Shown: in pieces, positions 1 to 16,679 of the stretch | How positions within the stretch are numbered: position 1 is the stretch's first letter | Layout of the letters: every line of letters starts with the position of its first letter | Program-made: the position numbers and the translations under genes | The notes under the pieces: model-generated | What the model was told of the DNA's origin: nothing | The model's input: only the letters and a program-made list of their open reading frames with translations | The model's database searches: none | Assembly (NCBI GenBank): GCA_016748015.1 | Contig: JAAOMT010000058.1 | Coordinates: 1 to 64,000 of the forward strand | DNA from: Geosiphon pyriformis uo1 | Taxonomy: Eukaryota > Fungi > Glomeromycota | Reading direction: 5' to 3' | Length of the DNA stretch: 64,000 nt

Positions 1-119
1 AAATAAATCTGATTTTTTTGCACTGTAAATATAGCCCCGATTTAAGCTAATTTGGCCTGTGCTCTTTTTAATGAAATAGTTTTAATGGTTATGCTTTTGA
101 AAGAGAATATATTATTGAA

Positions 120-1633
120 TCATTTTCCTATATTAGAATCCTTTCTATTTAAGGTAAGAAGATCGAACTTTTGAGCCAAATTCAATATGCTTGCACCAAT
201 AATGTCAGCATTTTTCTTTTGATATCCACCACTCAAAACCATCGCCACTGGAACATTATTATTCAAAGCCATCTCAAACACCATCTCATCACGTCTTATG
301 ATGCCCTCAGCAGATAAGTCCATGGCACCCAATGGATCACCTTCAAGGCAATCAGTTCCAGCGTTATATATTACGAAATCTGGATGAAATTTGTGAAATG
401 CCTGAAAGATATTAGACTGGATAAGTGGTAGGTAGCTTGAATCAGCTTTCATGGCTGGATTGGTTAGAGGAATTGGTTTGGTGTTGGATGATATTGCATC
501 TTTATCATGGGGATAGATGTTAGCGTTGAACGCATCAACAACCAGAACTTGATTGTTAGCGGCTAAATCGCGTTCAGGACCATTACCCTAAAATCGAATA
601 ATCAGATTTTTAATGAAAAAACATATATATATATATTAACAACTTTAAACATTCTTACCTGATGGGCATCTAAATCAACAATCATCACTCTATTTATTTG
701 TTCTGGATATTTACTCAGAATGCGCTCTACCATCATTGTAATATCAGCATATACACAAAATCCCCCACCACCATTATAATGAGCGTGATGAAAACCCCCT
801 ATCAATTAAAAATCATAAAAGGGCCTTAGAAATAAAAGAATGTGTTTAGGCAAAATAAATGATTCATTAACTTACCTCCCAAATTAATAGCCCATCCATA
901 TTCCAATGCTAACTCTGCGGCTAATACACTCCCACCAGTCTGCAATAACATTGGTTCCAATACCTTTTTCTTAATTAATGCGTGGGGTAGAACTGCCACA
1001 AACGGGACTTCTAAAATTCGTTGTAGCTCTTTATTACTACTGAGTGATTCAAGGTATTTCGGTGAATGTATGGTAGCCAATTCTTCACTGGTTGGAGGGC
1101 TTGGTTCGTAAAAAGTTTTCCCATTAAAAAGATCTGATGAAGCGAGTATACGTTGGATACGTTTGTATTTTTGAGTATCGAAAGGGTGGATCTTGTGCAA
1201 ATTATATAATAAAAAAATAAGAGAATATTTAAGGAAGGAAGGCGGTCATATGGGACATCACGATTTATAAATGACAATATAGTAGTGAGAAGATTGGAAA
1301 ATCAACATATTAAGATTGGTTCATTTGATTTCTTCCAAAATGTAAGAATGAATTGAAGGTATCATGTTAAAAACCAGTATAAATGGATTTGAGCAGATGA
1401 TACGTTTAGAAATGAGAGCTCTTACTTTACAGTACAACAATTGCTACTTTCTTGAAGTCAGGATTTCTTTTTGAGAAATGCTTTGTTACAATCTATTGTG
1501 AATCTTAACAAGTTTCTTTGATAAAAGTGCTTTTTTTGCCCGCGAGTACCTTCTCTAAGTTCCAAAAAGCTATATTGTACCCTGCGTGGTAAATAATCGG
1601 AACTTTTCCTGAGTTCGTTGTTAAGGTTGACAT
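120..1633 (-). CDS. HDAC11: Class IV histone deacetylase (HDAC11-like), 4 exons
   Basis: Exon 1 MSTLTTNSGKVPIIYHAGYNIAFWNLEK (1633-1550) splices to IHPFDTQKY. Catalytic motifs AINLG|GGFHHA, GGFCVYAD, DLDAHQ|GNG, YNAGTDCLEGDPLG, LSGGY. Confidence 0.9.
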
Positions 1634-2079
1634 TTTTATGCATATTTATTAACAAGGAGAATTCTCCTGACAAGAAAATTTTTGAACCCAACGATTTGGA
1701 AATGCTATCTTTACTAATCGGATTTTTCATCCAATCAAATATCGAGAATTGGGATGCTTGCCTATATTTCGAAATCTGATTGGAGGACCGATGAGATATA
1801 CGTAAATTGGAAAATATGAAAATATAAAGTTTTATATTTAATTTTTTTAATCAAAAAATTAATTTTTGTTTACAATTTAAAATTAAACTTATTATTGAAT
1901 TTAAAACATAATATTTTTATTATGTTACTACTTTTAAAAATGTAAAAGTAGTAAAATTTTGAATAATGTTTAATTTAAAATTTAAAATGAAATTTTCAGT
2001 TAGCATAAATCCTATTACTTTCATTATCCAGATATAATTACATTACTACGATCAGCATTTGGATTCCAAATTTTTCGCA

Positions 2080-4039
2080 ATGTCTGACCAAAGCGACTTA
2101 ATTCAACAGTTCGTTAAGGTTGCCTCAGCTGATGAACAGCAAGCAATATTTTTCTTGGAGGCAAACAATTGGGACTTGAACGTAACTACTACTCGAGACT
2201 TTACGTTTGTAAAACTGAATTAGCACCCTTTTAATAATTTTTTCAGACCGCTTTAGGCCAGTTCTTTGAGAACCCCTCACTTACACAGCAAACTCCAGAA
2301 CAAGAGCCAACCTCAGGCATATTTCAATCAAGTGAACCCTTTCAAAGGACAAGTTCGCGTCATTCAAGTTCCGGCAACCCTCCAAAACGAGTGCCACCCT
2401 CTTCTCGCTCAGCAAATCCTCAGAGGTAAACAGTTAAATTAGGGTTTTAATCTGATTAAATCATTCTTTTTCTCTAAACAATCATTTACTCTCAGCGCTC
2501 GTGTAGCCACTTTGGGAGATTTAGAAAAAGAATTGCCTGATGACGAAGACGAGGAAGATGAACCCGAGAATTTATTCGCTGGGGGCGAGAAATCGTGAGG
2601 GCTAATATTGCATTTATTCCCAATAGATCTGATTGAACATTAACTTCCGTCAATATTGAATGCAAAGGGGGATTTTCATGCAGAATCCAAATGCAAAAGC
2701 CTCTAGTTCTTTGGTTGGTGATATTTTAAAAAAAGCCGCCGAGTAAGAAATTCACTCCACTCATACCATCATCGAGTATTTCAATATACATATTTTTTGA
2801 AATTTCCCCTCAATATCTTTTACCTCTAAAAGAGGAGGTCGAGGTCACCTTGAAGAACAAAATATTTCCGCACCCCCTTCACAACCCTTTTTTACTGGAA
2901 CAGGTATCTATTTATTATTTTTAATTTTTTACTAATTTTGATATTAAAACTTTCAATATATTAGGCTACACGCTTGGTAGTGAAGAAGAGCCCTCGATTG
3001 AGATCAGCAATACCCCGCCCCCCAGCTCGGAACCTTCCTTTGAGGAACCCGTTAGTTTTTCATTTATTAAACTATATTAAACTTAAAAGTCAGTGATACA
3101 ATATTGATGAATTTTCTTGGTTTCTAAATTCTTAGGTTGTGCGTCATTTGACATTTTGGAGGGATGGATTTAGTATCGAAGATGGACCTTTGATGGCTTA
3201 TAATGATTCCGCCAATGAAGACTTTTTGAAAGCTATTAATAGCGGGTATGCTGTGAAAAAGATTTGTATAGGATTTCTATCTACATGATTAATAGAATCT
3301 TTCATAACGGTTTTCTTACAGACGTGCTCCTTTGTCATTGCTGAATGTGAAGCAAGGACAACCTGTTGATATGAGGGTAGCTCGCAAATTAGACGAAGAT
3401 TATAAACCTCCTCCAAAAAAGCCTTCAAAGCCATTCTCAGGATCAGGCCAGAGGCTTGGAAGGTTATAATAATTTTGGTCATTAATTGGGACTGGTTTCA
3501 AAGTTTTAACTCATTTTAATTTTCTCGTAAAATTCTCAAGTCCTGGAAATATAATTTCGAGCACAGCCACTGTTGTACCATCAACTTCTCAGCCCTCCTC
3601 TAGCGCAAACTCCTTAAGAGCTACACAACTAGAAATTGACGAATCATTGCCAATAGCATCAATTCAGATACGTATGGGCGACGGAACAAGGTAACCTTGG
3701 AATTATATTGAAATAACATAATAATTCCAGTTTTTTAACGTGTGAACTCACCTTGCAATCTATAGGATGTTGGCTAGATTTAATCATAATCATACCGTTG
3801 GGGACATTAGGCGATTCATTAATGCGTATGCCTTTTTTAAGATTTGCATCCAATTTATGTGATTTTATTTTTTTCTAATCTCTTGTTTACGTTCATGTTT
3901 CGTAAGTTCACGGGTTGGAGAGGCTAGTCGTGACTACGTGTTACAAACAACCTTTCCGAAGAAAGATTTATCTGACGAAACTCTTACACTAATTCAAGCA
4001 TCCCTTCTTAATTCTGTTGTCATACAGCGCTACGTTTAG
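2080..4039 (+). CDS. SHP1: p47/Shp1 (UBA-SEP-UBX) Cdc48/p97 cofactor, multi-exon; missed by the ORF track
   Basis: N-terminus [14 protein letters not shown]...[11 protein letters not shown] (UBA-like); SEP domain [15 protein letters not shown]...RAPLSLLNV; SHP box [10 protein letters not shown]; [12 protein letters not shown]...[11 protein letters not shown]...TTFPKK...NSVVIQRYV*. Confidence 0.9.
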
Positions 4040-4361
4040 TCGTAGCGAATCATATATTTTAATTGAGCCAAGTCTAATTTGAATTTATGGGTCAGTTGTT
4101 ATTTCGAGCTTTTGTCTTAAAATTCTAAGATCCTTTAAGCCGGGTAAGATGAAACCTGCTAAACTGTATTTACAGTTCAAACATGGCAATTAAAAAACGA
4201 TCTCTTTTTTTGAAACCGAAAAATATGATCTATAGCGAAGGATTTGTTGATATATTTCATTAAGGTGTCATCCAATAGTAGCATTGCTATTGCCAAGTGC
4301 AATGGGCTATTAGTTTACTGAAAATCTATATTAATCTCTAAATTACTAATTGAGCTGCCTA

Positions 4362-7327
<2,966 letters not shown>

Positions 7328-7392
7328 TTAAACTCGTTTTCTTTGGATCCTGGAATTCAACCTTTTTAAATTAACCGTCAAAGTCAAACATT

Positions 7393-8462
7393 ATGAGCAA
7401 CCTTGACAGTATCCTTCTTCCAAAATGCAAAATAAACCCTGAAACATAGTGTTTTTTCCTCCTCACTGTTTAAATCTTTAACTTTATTTTTCTTGATAAT
7501 TCAGAAAGTTTGTTTCAGCTCAAGGTAATGTTTAATCCCCCAATCTTAACCTCTTTTGTCTCACTGTATTTTGTTTTTGTTTTTAGTTCACAGCTAAACA
7601 ATTATCCCGACAAGCTAAAAAAGCCAGTAAAGATGAAGTCGCGGAAAAAGCAAGGCTAAAAAAAGTGCGTAGCCTAAATTTTTGCTATATTCCTCTTTTT
7701 ACCAGTCTACTTTCTGTAATGACTCAAACGTATATAGGCTATTCAACAAGGAAATTTGGAAGGAGCTCGTATATATGCCGCTAATGCTATTCGCAAAAAA
7801 AATGAATCGTTAAATCTATTAAGATTAGCGTCAAGGATTGATGCTGTATCTAGTCGTGTTCAAACTGCAGTAACAATGCAAAAGGCAAGTCCTACAAATT
7901 GTAGTTCTCGAACCTTATTTAAATTACCCGCCTGTTTTAAATGCTGATTGAACTCACGGGGGTTTGGCATGAAGGTCACAGGATCGATGGCGAACGTTGT
8001 AAAGGGTATGGATAAAGCTATGGAGTCAATGAACTTAGAAAAGGTGACACATACTCAATATGAGATATTACTCATTATAAGAATTTAATGGCAAATCATT
8101 CTCCTTACACAGATATCGATGGTCATGGATAAATTTGAATCACAGTTCGAAGATCTGGATGTTCAAACACAATATATGGAGGGAGCAATGGGAAACACAA
8201 CAACCATGAGTACTCCTCAAGAAGAGGTAGATTTATTAATGCAGAAGGTAGCTGACGAACATGGTCTAGAACTAAATCACGAGCTGGGTGAAGCTGCCCC
8301 AAGCAATTTATTAGCTTCTACAGAAAAGGGGACCAAAGAAGATGAAGACCTAACAGAAAGGTAGGGTTTCTTATTTTCGCTTATTAAGATTTAACAAAGT
8401 ATTTTTGAATACCTTGAATATTCTTTTTTATGAATAGGCTGAAGGCTTTAAGAAATATTTAG
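7393..8462 (+). CDS. DID2: ESCRT-III accessory Did2/Vps46/CHMP1, multi-exon
   Basis: [24 protein letters not shown]...[14 protein letters not shown]...[14 protein letters not shown]...C-terminal [14 protein letters not shown]. Confidence 0.93.
7409..7504 (+). other. U12-type GT-AG intron 1 of DID2
   Basis: Donor GTATCCTT, branch-like TCTTTAAC, acceptor TTCAG. Joins MSNLD-K-SLFQLK in frame. Confidence 0.78.
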
Positions 8463-9660
8463 GACAATTTCATATCAGTAAATATTTCTTGACCGATGTT
8501 TATATGGGTAAGCGTTGATTCTCGAACAATTTATACATATATATATATATTGTATAGATGGGAAATTTTGTAATAGTTATGCAAATAATTGATATTTATA
8601 GATATAAGTATTGATTTTCATACCAATTATTATTTAGCTCAATCTTAAATAATATGTAGAAGCTTTTTTTTTAGAAATCTACAGACTAAAAAATCCTGCA
8701 TTTATTTTTTAAGTCAACAATATTCAATTTTATTGTTAAAATATTTTTAATGTTAAAATTCATAAAACAAAAAATTTAAAGCTTTAATAATTCGAAAATT
8801 TTTTGGTTAGATGGTTTTTATTAATTTAAATTCATGAAAATACTTTAATTAAAATAATATTTTGTTTAATTTGATTTTGCTATTATTTTTGAAAATATTT
8901 TAAATAATAAAAAAGTAAAATATGTTTTTAATTTGATAAAGTTTACATTAGCCAAAATGCTTCACAATATTTAATGTAATTTTAGATATCAAGTAATTTT
9001 TTTGAATAAAAATTGTGAATAATAAAAAGCATTTTTATTTTTATTATATGTATATACAATATTTCTAAAAATGACAAATCGGGTAGCTGGTCACGCGTAG
9101 TTTGTTGTACGAGATAGTTGGTGATTGTTGTATTACACCTTAGGCAAGTGATTTAATTAAAAATTACAGCTAATGTAAGAATCATAATCAATACAAAAAT
9201 TATAATTAACATAAAACATTTATAACTGTCAATAAAAATTAATGAATTATAACTCAAATAACTTGATTGCAAAAGAATATTTACAATAAGAAATTTATTT
9301 TTAGATTAAATTGCAAAAAAGTAAGTTTTTCATAATTTAAATCATTTGCTTATTTAGAATCAATGTTTTTGTTTGAAAAAATGATTAATTTTTTGAATAT
9401 TTTAAATACTGTAAATTATAAATCAAATGCATATATTTTATATATGTGGATACTATATGATAACCATTATATTTTTGCTTGTGTGACTACAGAGAAAAGC
9501 CAGATTTTATGCTTCAGCAAAAATTTGGCAATGAACATTTTCTATGAACCTCCGAATGTGCAAAATATTGATTGTACTGATGATGTCATTTTTTACAATG
9601 GATCATGTATTTTTAGTACCGTCAATAAAAAGCTATCTTGCAAATCAACAAAATTCTCTC

Positions 9661-11045
9661 ATGCTCAAATTTCAGACTCAAGGGTATAAGGGCTATTCGG
9701 TAAAATACATGTACTATTTTCCCAATAAATAGTTTTATTTGGATTATCAACAAAACTTTTTGCTTTTTACCAAAGCTCCAGTTCAGTCCTTTCTTTGAGA
9801 ATAAGTTAGCTTGCGCGGGAGCGGCAAATTTTGGTTTGGTTGGGAATGGACGATTATTCACGTTGAATCTAGGTCCAACCGGATTGGATGTTGAAAGAGT
9901 GTATTTTTTATTTAATTTAATTTCCTTTGATCTTACACTTCTCGGTATAATTTCTGTCTTTCCTATTTGTCATTAAATTATGCTAAACTTTAAAACTAGC
10001 TTTGACACACAAGACGGCTTGTTTGATTGCTCATGGAGCGAAATTAATGAGAATCAAATTGTAACATCAAGTGGTGATGGTTCCATTAAACTATGGGATA
10101 TAACACTTGCGGTTGGTATATAATTCGGTGAACCGCCCATATATCGTCTTTTTCTCAAATTGCAGTAAGTTTGTGCTTACTGAGTGTGTGTATTCTTGTG
10201 AAATCCCCATTCAACTTAATAATATTTATGGCATTTTTCAAAGAGGTTTTGAAATAAATTGTTGATTGATTCTCTTTTATTTGCGTACGAACGGCATTTA
10301 TCTCTTTTAAGGATTTCCCCATAAGAAACTGGCAGGAACATGAAAAAGAGGTTTTCTCGGTACACTGGAATCTTATTAAAAAAGATACCTTCGTGAGTGG
10401 GTCATGGGATAAATCGATTCGTTTGGTAAGTTATATAAATTTTGAATCGAATTTCAATTCCTCTTAAACTCTTATTGTTAAATATATTTCTAGTGGAACC
10501 CGGAACTTGCCCATTCTTTAGCAACCTTTGTTGAACACGAAGAATGTATATACAACACCACTTGGTCACCCCATGCTGCTGACGTTTTTGCATCTGCCTC
10601 CGGTGATACGACACTTAAAATTTGGGATATAAAAACCCCACGCTCAGTACAAACTTTGAGTGCTCATCAGAACGAAATCTTATCCATGGATTGGAACAAG
10701 TATCAACAAAATGTGGTCGTGACTGCCTCATCCGATCTCACTATTAAAGTATGGGACCTCCGATTCCCTGACCGAGAACTCATTTCTTTGCTCGGTCATG
10801 AATACGCTGTGCGTCGGGTGAAATGTTCGCCTCATCATGGAAATATCATCGCTTCGACTTCTTACGATATGACGATGCGTTTGTGGGATACGACTTTGCC
10901 CAATCCTTTGATAGAGATTCATGAGGATCATACAGAGTTTGTTTTGGACGTCGATTTTAGTTTGTATGTTGAAGGGCAGATTGCTACTTGTGCATGGGAT
11001 GAAGATATCCATATTTTTCAACCGGCTGCTTTGAGAGCCCCTTGA
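9661..11045 (+). CDS. PEX7: Peroxisomal PTS2 receptor Pex7 (WD40), multi-exon
   Basis: [85 protein letters not shown]. Confidence 0.93.
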
Positions 11046-11460
11046 CCGATATAAGGTTATGAAGGGTGAATAATTGAAAGTATTGTTTAATAAACCTAGG
11101 GAATTAACATTTTCTAAGTGGAAACTAAAAATAACACAAATAGAGATTTTAATGTTTCAAATTCCATGTTAAATTATTCAGAGTATTCATTAATGCCTGA
11201 ATTTCTACCAACTATCACAATACTAAAAATAATTTCGTAAAGCCTGGAAACATCTTTTAATATCTTTTAGGCCTCTTGTTTTGAAGAATAATTTACTAAA
11301 CCTCAGAGATCGTGATGTGTTATTTTTGAGCTTGATGTTCAATAAATATATTGTAAAAGCGAATCTTTTCAAATTATTTGGTTTATGAAATTTTGGTTCT
11401 ATATTGCATAGACGAGGTTATGCACAATAAATTATCAATAAATCTTTTCTAGTCGCTCTT

Positions 11461-14400
11461 TCAATTCCTCCCACTACGTTTCAATGCCTCGACGCCAGCC
11501 ATCGGAATTTCCACATCCGGTAACTCATTAACCGTCTCATTCGTTCGTCCCTCGATCGATGGGCGATCCAAAAATCCAACTTTCACCAGGTATCCTAAAT
11601 AGATTCCTATCAACCTTTTATCGATTCGATCACATTCTCGGGTAACAATTTCCCTTGTATGTGAGTCATCCAATTCGGGGGATTTGGTACTTGTTGGTAA
11701 ATCGTCCAACACGAAATGTAATAATGGATATAATGCATTATCTTGTGCCAATAGTGTGAACTCCATTAATTTGTTACGCCAAACAATATAGTCGATTTTT
11801 TCGACCGCGTAACCATAGAATGGTAAGGCGGCAAACAAATCGTCAAAACGAATTGATGGGTTGATAGGATGAGTTATATGAAATACACCTTTTTCGGGTG
11901 ACAGGAGTGAGAGTGAGATTTGTGCGATACAATCGGCTACGTAGTCCACCGGACACATGTTGACAATATTGTGAATGGTAGGAACAAGACCAAGTTGAAT
12001 ACATCCTTTAATTAGACGCCATATAAAATCATCTGTATTTGTAACTATAGTCAAAAGGGACGGAAGCTCTTTAATGACAAGTTATTAATGATTTAAATTT
12101 TTTTTACAATATAAATACCTCCTGTGCGAGAATGACCAACTATGTATCCGGGCCTGACAATAGTGGCTGGCAATCCTCTTGCTTTTGCCTCAAACACCAA
12201 TTTTTCAGATACCCATTTGCTCTGGCCGTAACCACTCCTTAAACCTCTACGACTTCCTTCCAAATTGTCGTCTTCGCACACTCCTTGGCCACCATTTTCG
12301 ACTATTTTATCACTTAATTGAATATAATATTCAGTATCCAACACTGAGGTTGAACTAACAAAATGAAAAGATTTGGTATGATGGATCGAAGCCAATCTTA
12401 TCGCCCACAATGTGCTTATCACATTTGCAGCCTTTAATTTAGTATACGGATATACCCAATGTACCTAGACATGAAATTGAATTAATACTCTCAAATTTAT
12501 CTGATATATAAGTGATATGCAATCAACTCACCAAAGCACCATTGTGTATAATTACATCGACTCGCTCTGATAACGAGTTCCATTCATTCTCATCAATTCC
12601 CAGTCTTTCCTTTTCCAAATCACCGCACACAACATCCAATCGTCTTTGTTCGACCCAATCTTCCTGCCATACCATATGTGCCACCAAGCTTTTTTGAAGT
12701 CTGTCAATGGCCAGTTCTTTTGTTTTGGCTCTCACATGTGCAATCACTCGAACTGAAGGATCAATATTAAGTAGTGCAGACAAAATAAATGCTCCCAGAA
12801 AACCAGTAGCCCCCGTAACGAAAAAGGTTTTCCGCGAACTATTCTCCAATAATGGTTCATATTTTTCCAATAAATATTCTAAAGTTAATAGCTCAAGTTC
12901 GGCAGCATAATTAAAGTCTTGTTCCCCCTCTTTTTCCTTGTCAATATTTTTCGCGTTCGGAGACTCTCTATTAACTTCATTAGGCTTGTTCAAGTCATCA
13001 TCTTCAATAGCAATATTTAATTCACCGCTTAATATCACTTCAATCTCTTTGGCTTGTCCACGAATCGTGGGTTGTTGAAACACCAGGCCAAGAGATACAT
13101 TTACACCGCAAGTTTTTCTTAATTCAAATACTAAGCGTGTAGCTAAGATTGAATGTCCACCCAAATCAAAAAAGTTTTCATCAAGAGGGATGTAAGGTTT
13201 TGGGGGGTCAGGAAGAAGTTGAGACCAAATAGTTTGAATCCTTCCTTCAATCGGAGTCAATTTTAGAGATTGAGAGGTGGTGGCTGAAAAGCTTGTAGTA
13301 TTGGTTGAGGTAGTGACCTGAGCGGTATCAGGGAAAGGTAGCGCAGTCTTATCAATTTTACCATTTGGTGTTAATGGCATTTTTCTAAGTGGCACAAACA
13401 CTTTAAAGTTCAAAGCGAGTAAAATTATAGCATGATACTTCAAACCATTTGAATTATTTTTTCTTTTTATATCAAAGAAATTCTGACATACCACTAGGAA
13501 CACTGTAACTAGGTAACCTCATCTTTAAATATTCACGGATTTCTTTGATCAACCTTCGATAGTTCCGTTGACCGACTTTAAGTAGGCCATCAGCTTTATC
13601 ATCTTCATCTGCCGAACTCTGAAACTCATCGCTCTCAACAGGTACAAAGTAACTAACTAATGTCTGTTCTTCGTATTTGTCACGACGCACCAAAGTAACA
13701 TTTTCACGAACAAGCTGATGTTGTGAAAGGTGTGTATCTATCTCTCCGAGCTCGATACGGAAACCGCGAATTTTGATTTGATCATCAGCACGTCCGGTAC
13801 ATTCAACTAACGATAAAGTTTATATATTTAGAAGTGATTCAAAATATTGATTATAAAATATTGATTAGACGCACCATTTCCGTCAGGCCTATACCTTCCA
13901 AGATCACCAGTTCTATACATTCTGTCTCGCTTGCCTTTCCAATAAACTCGCCATTCTTCATTGCTTTTATCATCCGGCTCCTCAACGGCCGATTCATTGA
14001 ACCAGTTTTTCAAGAATTTCTCACATGTTAAATCTTCCAATTGCAAATAGCCTTCTGCCAAACCTCCAGCTCTAACATAAATTTCTCCAATCTCACCCAC
14101 GCCACATAAAACGCTTTTATTTTGCCTGTTTACTACTAATAATTGGACGTTCTCCATCCCTCTCCCTGCCGGTATTACATCCTTTTGAGAGCCCAAAAAT
14201 GCCGGAGCAGACACAATCGAAGGAATGGTAAAGTAAGAAACGGACCTCTGCGTTTCCGTTGTTCCATACATGTTGATGACCGAAGTATTCACAGCAAGAT
14301 GTTGAAGTCGATTACAATCACGTTTGGTTAGGATATCACCGACAAAAAAGGCATTTCTTAAACTGGGTATAGGAGTGCTGGCATTTGCGGAAAGAAGCTG

Positions 14401-16557
14401 ACCCATAGCTGATAGGAAGAAATCAGACAAAAAGGTCAATTTTAACTCGAAGAAAAGGAAACAAAATATTTTATTATTTTAACCAGGGGTTAAATGAGTC
14501 ACTGTTATTTTATTTTCAGCCATCCAGGTAGCTAATCTCCCAGGAACGCCAATATCTTCAGAGGTTGGTATATGCAACTCAGCACCCAAGAACATAGGAG
14601 TAAATACTATTTATATGAAAAAGAACAATATTAAGTATTAATTAGACATTAACTAACCCAGGCACGTATAAAGACAGCTGAAAACATACGAGCAGAAACT
14701 CACTATCACGTTGTATGGGATCGTGAGCAATACCACTTAGCATCGTAAAACGATCTTTTTCAGAAAGGCCAAACTCTTGAGCCATCCATGGATAGTAATG
14801 AGTCAAGGAAAAATGTCGACCTCGCACCCCTACACCAAAAAAGTTGCGCGTTAATATATAGAGTTTAAATTGAAAAATGTAATCGCACTAATTTGCAAAT
14901 TCTTTACCCTTTGGAATACCGGTACTTCCACTGGTAAAACTCAAAGTTCCGATACTATCTGGTCCGATTATAATGCCGACATCTTGAGTTTCACGATCAT
15001 GAACCATATTCAATATATCGTTTCCATCAACTTCTCCCCCCTTCAATCCTTGGGACCCTTCTGAAATTTGTAATGCGGGTATTTCACATCTTATTGAAAG
15101 TTTTTCTTGTATATAAGAACGCACAATCGGGTTCAGAGTGCCGGCATTTTTAAGAACTATAATTCCACGAGGTTGTGCCACTTGAAGATAAATGTTTTGA
15201 CGTTCTGGCGGATAAGCAGGATCTGAATTGAAATTCAAGAAATAATAGCAGTTGAAAATTTAACTTTTTGATTTAATATAATAGCGAATCAAAATTATGG
15301 TAAATTAAAAATGGTTTACCGATTACACTGAAGGTTGCCCCTGCTTTTAAGACTCCCATTACAGCAATCACAAGATCTACCCCACGATACGCATAGATTA
15401 TCACAACATCTTCTCGTTCGATTCCTTTCGCGACCAAATAATGCGCAATTAAATTCGACGCCTCGTTTATCTTACGATAGGTAAAGACACGTTTGTGGCT
15501 TTTTCCTTCTACACTCTCACTTACACAAATTCTTCCGGGCCACTTTTTTGCATTTTTTGCAAAAATATCAGTGATTGCTCCGTGGAATTCATCCCATTTC
15601 AAATTGGACTTTGGATCAGGAAGAATCTCCAAGCATGTCGGGGTCAATATTGGAATTTGGCCAATCAAATTTTGTCGATTTTGCGCTGCTATATTAATTA
15701 TGGTAACCAATTGTTCGAGAATATGGGTAATTCGGCGAGATGAGAAAATTACTTGATTATATGAAATTCGTATTTCGATCCCTGGCAAAAGTGCATGGCG
15801 AAGAGATGATGAAGAATGTGAGGTGATAAAAACTGTAAGATCTGTAGTGATTGATGTAGCTTGTAATATTGGGTTTTCTGGGGTATCAGTTTGATTGAAA
15901 AAGCGCACACGAAACAAAGGTCCATGAATTGATGAGGAGCTGGATAACGAGTCTTTTTCTGGAAACAAATATGATAAAAGCAATTGGAAAGGAACTTCAT
16001 CTGCCGATGCTTCTCTTTCTACCTAATCAACAATTTGATAAAAAATCTGTTGAAACCACATGACCAATATACACTAATCTAAACTATACCTTTTCAATTC
16101 GTTGAACAACTTGTTCAAAAGTCTCCGAAGGATTAATGGATAATCGTAACACTAAAGGATTCCGAGAATCAGATGATGATCCCACGGTAATGTCTTCATC
16201 ACCCGTATAACGATATAATAAAACAGTAAAAGCAGCCAAGAGGATAGTGAACGCGGATGGATGTTCATTTTGTGGCTCTGTACTTTGTAAATTTACAACG
16301 CTTTTCCTGCCAATTCTCTTATCATCATCACGATCTTTACGGTTACTAGATATCGCTAAAGAAAGTTGTAAAACAGCGTAGGCAGTGGTTTCTGGTAAGT
16401 GAAGTGTTTGAACGGCTTCAACTACTTGTAACGGAAGTGGACGCGGATAGTCTGTCGGTAATTGGTTATGGGTAAGGTTTTCCAAGCGTTTCTTCCAACG
16501 TTTCAGCCGTTCGTCAATGTTTTGCTGGCCTTGAGAATTGTTGGTTACGTTTGGCAT
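11461..16557 (-). CDS. LYS2: L-2-aminoadipate reductase (A-T-R NRPS-like), multi-exon
   Basis: LPTDYPRP, adenylation motifs [40 protein letters not shown]; [12 protein letters not shown]; reductase [19 protein letters not shown]. Confidence 0.95.
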
Positions 16558-16679
16558 GCTGGCAAGATTTTGGTTTTTCCTATGATGTATAATTTACTGA
16601 TAATCAATTGTTCCCATCAATTTTTTGTTAGGACGCGAGCTGAGACACATACTTAGTCACAGAACGTGTGTAATACCAA

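Noticed and set aside
11461-16557. NRPS-like gene as a secondary-metabolite cluster
   Set aside because: A-T-R architecture and motifs are those of primary-metabolic Lys2; the neighbours are housekeeping genes.
16653-16659. Gcn4/CpcA-like TGACTAA upstream of LYS2
   Set aside because: Single imperfect 7-mer in AT-rich DNA; plausible but unsupported.
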